A stretch of DNA of 64,000 nucleotides from Evtepia sp. (GTDB lineage: Bacteria; Bacillota; Clostridia; Oscillospirales; Oscillospiraceae), in NCBI GenBank assembly GCA_031553635.1, contig JAVBLH010000019.1:2639-66638 (forward strand), read 5' to 3'. How positions within the stretch are numbered: the stretch's first letter is position 1; each line of letters begins with the position of its first letter. The position numbers and the translations under genes are program-made. Shown piece after piece: positions 31,715-39,513 of this stretch. Under the pieces are notes generated by a model. The model searched no databases, had not been told where the DNA came from, and saw nothing but the letters and a program-made list of their open reading frames with translations.

Positions 31715-32587
31715 CTAGGAGGACTTCTTCGGTATCCGTATCGTAAGCAAAATGCTGTCCCCCTCCTCCGCCTGGGAGCACTGGGCGTCCACCCCCGCCG
31801 ACTGCATGAGAGATACCCCGTGCTGCACCGTGTTCAGAAAGAAGCGCACGTCCCGGATGACATAGGAGGTCCGCCGGGGGAAGCGGCGCTCCGGGGTCTT
31901 TTCCACCGGCGGCGGGGCAGGGGGGGCCTCCGGCTTGGGCGGGGCATAGAGGGCCTCCAGGGTCTCCTCCACCAGGGCCTCGGTGCGGGAGACGTTGAGC
32001 CCTTCTGTCACAATCCGCCGGGCCACCACCCCCAGGGCTTCGGTGCCGTGGAGCCGCAAAAGAGCCCGGGCATGGCGCTCTGTGTAGCCGTTTTTCCGCA
32101 GCAGCTCCAGCACTTCCCGGGGCAGGCGCAACAGCCGCAGCTTGTTGGCCACGGCAGACTGGCTTTTACCCACCTGGATGGCCGCCTCCTCCTGGGAGAG
32201 GCCGAAGGTGGAGATGAGCCGTTCTAGGGCCGTGGCCTCCTCCAAAAAGTCCAAGTCTCGCCGCTGAAGGTTCTCAATGAGGGACAGGACGGAAGAGCGC
32301 TCCCGGGTGATGTCCAGGACCAAGCAGGGCACCTCCGTCAGGCCGCAGAGCACCGCCGCCCGCAGACGCCGCTCCCCGGCCACCAATTCAAAGCGCCCAT
32401 CCTCCCGGCGGCGGACGGTGAGGGGCTGGAGTATCCCGTGGATGCGGACAGAATCCGCCAGCTCCGTGAGGCCCTGGGGGTCAAAGGTTTGCCGGGGCTG
32501 GTCGGGATTGGGGGCGATGAGATCCGGGGCCAGGAGAATCACCCGGTTGGTGTCCTGGTCTTTTTTTCGTTGCAAAATCGGCAGCAT
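31715..32587 (-). CDS. noc: ParB-like protein, probable nucleoid occlusion protein Noc
   Basis: IAPNPDQPRQTF, LVAGERRLRAA, KSQSAVANKLRLL; upstream of parA; GGAGG RBS before MLPILQ. Confidence 0.75.
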   Translation of the reverse strand: MLPILQRKKDQDTNRVILLAPDLIAPNPDQPRQTFDPQGLTELADSVRIHGILQPLTVRRREDGRFELVAGERRLRAAVLCGLTEVPCLVLDITRERSSVLSLIENLQRRDLDFLEEATALERLISTFGLSQEEAAIQVGKSQSAVANKLRLLRLPREVLELLRKNGYTERHARALLRLHGTEALGVVARRIVTEGLNVSRTEALVEETLEALYAPPKPEAPPAPPPVEKTPERRFPRRTSYVIRDVRFFLNTVQHGVSLMQSAGVDAQCSQAEEGDSILLTIRIPKKSS

Positions 32588-32985
32588 AAAATCGCCCTCC
32601 CTTGTGTCGGCACAAGATGGCCTGTCCCTCTTTTGTGGCATCACGCAGTGGGGGACTGCGCGCTTCGATACCATATAATGGTATATTATCACGGGCTTTG
32701 TTCCGCTTATGAGGGTTTTTTGTCGGCCAATAGGCACTTCTTTTGGGGGTTTCGGTCGAAAGTTCCACAATAGACCACAATGGAGGGTATATTAGGGGGC
32801 TTTACTCCACAAACTGGTGGGGTGGGCTGGTATTACAATGCCTTTGCGGGGGGGTTGGTTTTACCATCCTGGCAGCACCAAACACCAAGAGTCCCTGTGC
32901 CTGTCACATCAAAAAAACAACAATCCGCAACTTAATTATAAGCCGATATAACATATAGTAATAAAACCCAAAAGGAGGACTCCTA

Positions 32986-33486
32986 TTGGACACCATCGCC
33001 ATCCTGGAGGGGGCATTCCCCCTCTACCGCCACCTCACCGCCAGCCTGGCCGGGGACTATCCTCTCCCCCCCCTGCTCTTTGGCCAATCCCCGGCGGAGC
33101 TGCTGCCCCACGGCCCCCTGGCCCTTTTGGTCCTGTCCCCGGACGGGGCCGTCACCCCAGAGGACGACCTGCCCCCCTGCCGCCTGTTGCTGCTGCCGGG
33201 GGAGGGGGCGGGTCTGGTGACCCAGGTTCGGGCCAGCTGCGCCATGAGCTACGGGACTTCACCCAAGGACAGCATCACCTTCTCCGGCACCGGCGGGGCG
33301 GGGCTGAGCCTTTCCATCCAGCGGGAGCTGATCACCCTGGGGGGCGGGACAGTGGAGCGCCAGGAGCTGATTCTCCCCACCCCGGCCCACTTCACCCCGG
33401 CCTTCACCCTGGCCTGGGCGGGGACGCTGCTGATTATGGGGGTCTCTCCCGAGGAACTGCCTGGTTTGGCCGGGGCCCTGCGGTAG
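32986..33486 (+). CDS. Hypothetical protein (weak resemblance to part of a Mur-ligase central domain)
   Basis: AGGAGG RBS + TTG start; SYGTSPKDSIT and IQRELITLGG..ERQEL segments. Confidence 0.6.
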   Translation: MDTIAILEGAFPLYRHLTASLAGDYPLPPLLFGQSPAELLPHGPLALLVLSPDGAVTPEDDLPPCRLLLLPGEGAGLVTQVRASCAMSYGTSPKDSITFSGTGGAGLSLSIQRELITLGGGTVERQELILPTPAHFTPAFTLAWAGTLLIMGVSPEELPGLAGALR

Positions 33487-33513
33487 GGAAGGAAGCGCAC
33501 AGAGGGCGGAGCA

Positions 33514-33596
33514 GGTCAATAAGGCAGTCCGCAGAGGGTGAACGGGGAAAGTCGCAGACTTTTGCCGGGCAGCCGCGGAGGGCAGACTTATTGACC
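33514..33596 (+). repeat. F2 83-bp repeat (GGTCAATAAG...CTTATTGACC)
   Basis: 10-bp terminal inverted repeats; homologous copies at 41847, 55456, 55894. Confidence 0.88.
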
Positions 33597-33738
33597 GTCG
33601 CGCAGTCCCTCGGAGCGTGACAGGGAAGCGCCCAGGCCCCGGAGCGTGACAGGGCTTGAATTACAAGGAAATAAATGCTATACTCATCCCAACAGATTCC
33701 CCGGGAAAACCGGGGCATTTCCACTGGGAGGACTTGTC

Positions 33739-34236
33739 ATGGAACAAAAACGCCCCTTAAACCCCGCCCATTTGGCGGAGATCAAAGCCCGCATCATCAC
33801 CGCCGCCCCCTACATGCAGCTTCTGAACATGCAGGCCAAAGACCTAGACTACGGCCTTTGTACCCTGGAAGTCCCCCTGGAAGGCAAGCACCTCCACAAC
33901 TACGGCAGCATACACGGGGGCGTTTACGCCTCCATTATCGACACCGCCGCCTACTGGGCCTGCTATTGCGAAATGGCCGAGGACCAGGGCTTTGCCTCCA
34001 TCGACCTTGCGGTGAGTAACCTGGCCCCGGTGAAGGGCGGGGTCTTATTTGTGGAGGCCAAGTCCATAGACATAGGCCGCAGCGTCCTCCTGGCCGAGGC
34101 CAAGGTCTTTAGCGACACGGGTAAACTCCTGGCCCACGGGACTTCTAAGCTCATTACGAAACCCAATCTCAAGGCCGCCACCCAGGTGGTGCTGGACATG
34201 GGCTGGGAACCTCTGCCTCCCAAGTTCTTGGATTAG
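33739..34236 (+). CDS. PaaI-family (hotdog) thioesterase
   Basis: HNYGSIHGGVYASIIDTA motif; GGAGG RBS. Confidence 0.9.
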   Translation: MEQKRPLNPAHLAEIKARIITAAPYMQLLNMQAKDLDYGLCTLEVPLEGKHLHNYGSIHGGVYASIIDTAAYWACYCEMAEDQGFASIDLAVSNLAPVKGGVLFVEAKSIDIGRSVLLAEAKVFSDTGKLLAHGTSKLITKPNLKAATQVVLDMGWEPLPPKFLD

Positions 34237-34239
34237 GAT

Positions 34240-34665
34240 ATGGGCAAATTTGGCAAATACGCCCTCCTGCCCGTCCCCGCCATCCTGGTGGCCCTCTTCC
34301 TTCTCAGCGAGGAGAGAAAGCCCCAGGCCCCGGTGGTGGAGCCCAGCCTGTCCTTTTTCATGGTGATGGTGGTCATGAGCCTCTTCTATCTTTTCTATTA
34401 CCTCCGGCTTTATCCCAAAAACCGGGGGCTTTTATTCCTCTCCTTCGCCCTCTCCTTGATTCCCGCCGGGCTTTACGACACACTGCCCGTCAATGTCGCC
34501 ATCAAGGGCACCGCCACGGCCCTGGTTTTTTACTTCTACGTCCTGCCCCTGTCTGTCCTGACCTTTCTGCTGCCCCTGGTGGCGGCAGAGTGGAAAAAAA
34601 ACCAGACCAAGAAGGGCAAAACCAAAAAAACCTTTTACCAGCGGAAGTATGGAAAGAAGAAGTAG
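34240..34665 (+). CDS. Hypothetical multi-TM protein (paralog 1 of 3)
   Basis: About four hydrophobic segments, Lys-rich tail. Confidence 0.65.
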   Translation: MGKFGKYALLPVPAILVALFLLSEERKPQAPVVEPSLSFFMVMVVMSLFYLFYYLRLYPKNRGLLFLSFALSLIPAGLYDTLPVNVAIKGTATALVFYFYVLPLSVLTFLLPLVAAEWKKNQTKKGKTKKTFYQRKYGKKK

Positions 34666-34678
34666 GGGAGGGGTTTGT

Positions 34679-35065
34679 GTGAAAAAGTACGGCAAATACC
34701 TGACCCTGCTCCTGCCCTTCCTCTTTCCCTACGCCTTTTTGGGGCTGGGGCTTTTGGGCACGGTTCCCCAGGGCGTGGTGGCCCTCGGCGTTTCCTTCTG
34801 CGGCTGGGGGCTGCCCACCCTGTACCTTTTCTGGTACACAAAGGGCAAGCCCTACTCCCCCTGGCTCCTCTTTGCCGCCGTTGCCCTCAGCATCCTGCCC
34901 ATTGCCATCGCCGCCGCCCAAAATCTCTTTCAGCCAATGAGCGGGTTTCTCCTTGGCGCGGCAGGGTTTTGCTATACCCTCCCCTTCTCCCTCATCACCC
35001 TGGGCTTGGCCATTGGGTATGCGGCGAGAGGGCGCCATGGGGTAAGAAAGGACGACGTCATATGA
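34679..35065 (+). CDS. Hypothetical multi-TM protein (paralog 2 of 3)
   Basis: GGGGAGG RBS + GTG; about four hydrophobic segments. Confidence 0.65.
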   Translation: MKKYGKYLTLLLPFLFPYAFLGLGLLGTVPQGVVALGVSFCGWGLPTLYLFWYTKGKPYSPWLLFAAVALSILPIAIAAAQNLFQPMSGFLLGAAGFCYTLPFSLITLGLAIGYAARGRHGVRKDDVI

Positions 35066-35403
35066 AAAACCCCGCTCCGGCTATCCTGGCCTTCCTCCTG
35101 CCCAGCGGCCTTCTTTATATTGCCTTTCTTCTTTTAAGCCCAGCCTCTTTTTTGGTTTATCTGCCTTCCTTGGCTTGGCTCCTGCTCTACCCCCGGGTCC
35201 GTCCCATTCCTCCCCTGCTGTTTTTCCTCAGCTTTCTTCTCTCCCCCTTGGTGCTGGCCCTCCTACATCTCTCCTCATGGCCCGCTGTGGTTTTGTATTT
35301 CTCCTTCCTCTTATATGGTCTGCCCTTTTCGGCTTTCTCGCTGCTGGTGGTTGTCCTCCTGCCCGGGCAGAAAAACCACCAGGCGCAGAAACCCGAAGAA
35401 TAA
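35062..35403 (+). CDS. Hypothetical multi-TM protein (paralog 3 of 3)
   Basis: ATGA overlap with the previous stop; about four hydrophobic segments. Confidence 0.6.
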   Translation: MKNPAPAILAFLLPSGLLYIAFLLLSPASFLVYLPSLAWLLLYPRVRPIPPLLFFLSFLLSPLVLALLHLSSWPAVVLYFSFLLYGLPFSAFSLLVVVLLPGQKNHQAQKPEE

Positions 35404-35440
35404 AAAAGACGCCGAGACTGTAACGTCTTAGCGTCTTTTT
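35402..35440. terminator. Bidirectional-type terminator
   Basis: AAAAAAGACGCCGAGAC-TGTAAC-GTCTTAGCGTCTTTTT. Confidence 0.65.
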
Positions 35441-35479
35441 GATTTGTGATGTCAGGCTCTGGGGGACTGGGGCGAAGCT

Positions 35480-35653
35480 ACCACCCCGCCCTTTGGGCAC
35501 CCCTCCACGGAGGGGAATTTTGGTAGTCGTTTGCCGAAGGGATTGCCGTTTCCCTCGTCCAATTCCCCTCTGTGGAGGTCAAATTGACCAGTGGACAATT
35601 TGATAAGATCATGGGAAGCCACATTGAAGAAGGGCACGAAGTGCCGGGGTGGT
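35480..35653 (+). repeat. F1 repeat whose arm B is interrupted by the 53-bp F3 module (35579-35631)
   Basis: A arm intact; B arm split after GGAGG. Confidence 0.88.
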
Positions 35654-35679
35654 TTCCCGTCCACCTGGCCTCCGTCCTT

Positions 35680-37899
35680 CTAAAATATCGGCGGCGGCGG
35701 GTCTTTCTTCTTCTCCTCCGGCTTACCCCGCTCCTGGGGCTGGCGGAACGGCCCACGGAACCCGTCCTCCTCCGGCATCTCCGGGGGCAGGGTCCGCTGG
35801 TAGGTTCTCCGGGGCGGCGCTTCCGTCCCGTTCCCCCTTTCCTCCGAAGGCTCCAGGCCCTCCAGGGCGTCCAAATCCCCGGCCTGGCTCATGCGCTCCC
35901 GGGGGGACACCCAGGGTTTTTCCACGATGACCTCCACAGGCTCCGCCACGGCGTTGGGGTCTCGGCCCTCTAAAATGGCCATGAGCTCCGTGCCGGTGAT
36001 GGTCTCCTTCTCCAGGAGGTAGGCCGCCACCTTTTCCAGCATCTCCCTGTCTTCCACCAGGATCTTCATGGCCTCGTCGTGGGCCTCCTGGATGATGCTC
36101 TTGATCTCGGCGTCAATCTGGGCGGCGGTGTCGTCGGCGCAGGTGAGGCCCATGTTCCCTTCCAGATATTGGCTCTGGACCGTAGCCAGGGCCATCATGC
36201 CGAACTTATCGCTCATGCCGTACATGGTCACCATGCGCCTTGCCAAATCCGTGGCTCTTTCGATATCGTTGGCGGCCCCCGTGGTCTGGGTGCCGAAGAC
36301 CAGCTCCTCGGCGCAGCGGCCGCCTAGGAGTATGCGTATCTCCCCGTGGATATATTCTCTATCCATGAGGAAGCGCTCCTCCTCGGGGGTCTGCATGGTA
36401 AAGCCCAGGGCACCCTTGGTTCTGGGGACGATGGTAATTTTGGTGACGGGCTCCGCGTCCTTCTGCCGGACGGCGACCAGAGCGTGGCCCACCTCGTGGT
36501 AGGCGATAAGGCCCTTCTCCCGCTCGGTGAGAACGGTCCCCTTCTTCTCCGCCCCGGCGATGACCTGCTCGAAGGAGGCCAAAAGATCTCGCTGATTTAC
36601 GGCCTTGCGCTCCATGCGCACGGCACGGAGAGCGGCTTCGTTCACTAAGTTGGCCAGATCGGCCCCCACGCAGCCCGCCGTGGCCTGGGCTAATTTGTTC
36701 AGGTCCACGTCCTCCGCCAGACGAATTTTCCGGGTGTGGACTTGCAGGGTGGCCAAACGGCCCGCCAGGTTGGGCCTATCCACGGTGATGCGTCTGTCAA
36801 AGCGCCCGGGCCGCAGGAGAGCCTTGTCCAAGACCTCGGGTCTGTTGGTGGCCGCCAGAACGATGACCCCCTTGGTGGGGTCAAAGCCGTCCAGTTCCGC
36901 CAAAAGCTGGTTTAAGGTCTGGTCCCTCTCGTCGTTGCCCCCGCCGAAGCGGTTATCCCGGCTTTTGCCTATGGTGTCGATCTCGTCGATGAAGACGATA
37001 CAGGGGGCCACTTTGGCGGCCTCCTTAAAGAGGTCACGAACCCGGGAAGCGCCCACGCCCACGAACATCTCTACAAAGTCTGAGCCGGAGATGGAGAAAA
37101 AGGGCACCCCGGCCTCCCCCGCCACGGCCTTGGCCATAAGGGTCTTACCGGTACCCGGGGAGCCGACGAGCAAGGCCCCCTTGGGCAATTTCGCGCCGAT
37201 CTCCGTGTATTTCTTGGGGCTGTGGAGGAAGTCGATGATCTCCTGGAGGGACTCCTTGGCCTCGTCCTGGCCCGCCACGTCTTGGAAGGTGATCCCCGTG
37301 GAGCGTTCCATATAAACCTTGGCGTTGGCCTTACCCACGCCGCCGAGACCGCCCATGCCCCCCATGCGCCGGGAGATGAAGTAGAAGGCGCCCACCAGGA
37401 TGAGAAGGGGCAGCACATAGACCACTAGCATACTAAGAAGGGCGGAGGATTCCTTCTTCTTCTCAAAGACCAGCTCCACCCCGTGCTCCTCTAGGCGGGG
37501 CTCCACGCTGGTGGCGAAGAGGAAGTTGTCTACCGAGGTGGTGGCCAGGGTTTCCGGCTGGGCCGCGGCCTGCTCCTGGCTGGCCTGGGCGTTTTCCAGC
37601 ACCTCCTGAAGGCTTTGGGGCTCCTCATTGGGCAGGGTCACTGCCGGGCCCTCTTCCGACTTGGGGGTGATGAGATACAGGTTGGGCTTTACCTCCACCT
37701 TCTCTACCTTGTCCTCCTCCACCATTTGGATGAAGGCGGAGTAGGGCAAAAGGTCATCTTGGCCCTGGGTGAGGCGGCTGTAAAAAAAGTGGCTGGTCAT
37801 CACCAGAATGGCGACCAGGAGGAGGATGTTCAGCATCCCACCTCGGCCTTTTTGGGGCGGCCCCTCGGGTTTTTTGTTGTTATTTTGATTGGGCGGCAC
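35680..37899 (-). CDS. ftsH: ATP-dependent zinc metalloprotease FtsH
   Basis: Two TM, FQDVAGQDEAKE, GSPGTGKT, RPGRFDR, HEVGH. Confidence 0.97.
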   Translation of the reverse strand: MPPNQNNNKKPEGPPQKGRGGMLNILLLVAILVMTSHFFYSRLTQGQDDLLPYSAFIQMVEEDKVEKVEVKPNLYLITPKSEEGPAVTLPNEEPQSLQEVLENAQASQEQAAAQPETLATTSVDNFLFATSVEPRLEEHGVELVFEKKKESSALLSMLVVYVLPLLILVGAFYFISRRMGGMGGLGGVGKANAKVYMERSTGITFQDVAGQDEAKESLQEIIDFLHSPKKYTEIGAKLPKGALLVGSPGTGKTLMAKAVAGEAGVPFFSISGSDFVEMFVGVGASRVRDLFKEAAKVAPCIVFIDEIDTIGKSRDNRFGGGNDERDQTLNQLLAELDGFDPTKGVIVLAATNRPEVLDKALLRPGRFDRRITVDRPNLAGRLATLQVHTRKIRLAEDVDLNKLAQATAGCVGADLANLVNEAALRAVRMERKAVNQRDLLASFEQVIAGAEKKGTVLTEREKGLIAYHEVGHALVAVRQKDAEPVTKITIVPRTKGALGFTMQTPEEERFLMDREYIHGEIRILLGGRCAEELVFGTQTTGAANDIERATDLARRMVTMYGMSDKFGMMALATVQSQYLEGNMGLTCADDTAAQIDAEIKSIIQEAHDEAMKILVEDREMLEKVAAYLLEKETITGTELMAILEGRDPNAVAEPVEVIVEKPWVSPRERMSQAGDLDALEGLEPSEERGNGTEAPPRRTYQRTLPPEMPEEDGFRGPFRQPQERGKPEEKKKDPPPPIF

Positions 37900-38224
37900 T
37901 GGCTGGCCCTCCTATTCACGCAGTAGTTCCTATTCTGTGCGATATTTCGGCCCCTTATGGCGGAAAAGCCTGGCGGGGTGAGAAATATTTTCCATATAAG
38001 CTTGGAGTAATATAACACAGTTGGCGGGTAAAAGCAAGTTGTGGTCTGTAAACAATCTATGACCGAAGGGCGGTCCCCGGTGGCGTGGCACCATATGACG
38101 TAAAGTGTCAGATCATTCACAAATATTTGTTTTTTTCTGGCCTCGCCTGTGGTATAATATCTCCAATTGTTTTCAAATCCATCCTGCCCGCCCATTCATC
38201 GGGCATTTTTATAAGGAGTATCCC

Positions 38225-39001
38225 ATGAAGGACGAAAAAAAGAAGCCCCAAACCCTGGAGGAATCCATCGCCGACGGGGTTATCGAAGGGCGCAACGCGG
38301 TTTTAGAAGCCCTCCGGGCCGAAACCCCCATAGACAAAATCTACCTGGCCAAAGGCGAGGTAGACGCGACCTTAGGCCACATCGCCTCCAAGGCCCGTGA
38401 CCTGGGAGTTGTCGTCGTGGAGACAGACAGGCGCAAGCTGGACGCCATGAGCCGCACCCACGCCCACCAGGGCGTCATCGCCATGGCGGCGGTGCGGGCC
38501 TACGTCACCCCCGACGAAATACTCGCCATCGCCCGTGAAAAAGGCGAAGCGCCCCTCATCGTGGTCTGCGACGAGATCTCCGACCCCCACAATTTAGGGG
38601 CCATCATCCGCACCGCCGAGTGCGCCGGGGCCCACGGGGTGGTGATCCCCAAGCGGCGCAGCGCGGGCCTCACCGCCATCGTGGCAAAAACCTCGGCCGG
38701 GGCGGTTTCCCACCTGCCTGTGGCCAGAGTGCCTAACATCACGGCCCTGTTGAAGGAATTGAAAGAGGCAGGCCTCTGGGTCTACGGGGCCGACGCCGCC
38801 GGACGTCAAAGCCTCTATCAGACGGACCTCCGGGGCCCCGCGGCCCTGGTGATCGGCTCCGAGGGCACAGGCATGGGCCGTCTGGTCCGGGAGAACTGCG
38901 ATGTGCTGGTGAGCATCCCCATGGCGGGGAAGATAGGGAGCTTAAATGCCAGCGCTGCAGCGGCGGTGTTGCTTTATGAGGCTGTCCGGCAGCGGCAGTA
39001 G
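38225..39001 (+). CDS. rlmB: 23S rRNA (Gm2251) 2'-O-methyltransferase RlmB/TrmH family
   Basis: EGRNAVLEAL, HQGV, DPHNLGAIIRTA, IGSEGTG, SLNAS. Confidence 0.92.
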   Translation: MKDEKKKPQTLEESIADGVIEGRNAVLEALRAETPIDKIYLAKGEVDATLGHIASKARDLGVVVVETDRRKLDAMSRTHAHQGVIAMAAVRAYVTPDEILAIAREKGEAPLIVVCDEISDPHNLGAIIRTAECAGAHGVVIPKRRSAGLTAIVAKTSAGAVSHLPVARVPNITALLKELKEAGLWVYGADAAGRQSLYQTDLRGPAALVIGSEGTGMGRLVRENCDVLVSIPMAGKIGSLNASAAAAVLLYEAVRQRQ

Positions 39002-39087
39002 AGCTTCGCAAGGCCGGGCCTTGTTCCGTTTTCACTGTGGTTCTCGGGCGAAGAAACACCAAGCCCTGGGCGCTGCGTTGGCGGTTA

Positions 39088-39410
39088 ACCACCCCGTCAC
39101 TGCGTGCCACCCCTCCGCAGGAGGGGAATTGTGTACTACTGTAAGGCAGCGGAAAACTCAACCCCCATCCCCCGGCCTAATTCCCCTCCAGTGGAGGGGT
39201 GCCCATAGGGCGGGGTGGTGACTACCTCAGTCACCCGCAAACCTCAACCCGCATCCCCGTCCTAATTCCCCTCCTGTGGAGGGGTGCCCAAAGGGCGGGG
39301 TGGTGACTACCTCAGTCACCCGCACACCCCAACCCCCATCCCCCGGCCTAATTCCCCTCCTGTGGAGGGGTGCCCAAAGGGCGGGGTGGTGACTACCTCA
39401 GTCACCCGCA
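39088..39410 (-). repeat. F1 array B-spacer-A-A-A (85-86-bp period)
   Basis: AATTCCCCTCC of arm A at 39179, 39264, 39350. Confidence 0.92.
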
Positions 39411-39513
39411 AACCCCAAAGAGAACCACAACAAAAGCCCTGCGCAGAAAAAAGCCCCGGTTGCGCCCCACCACCATGGTAAACCCAAAATAACCAAAAAA
39501 GGAGGTGACCTCC

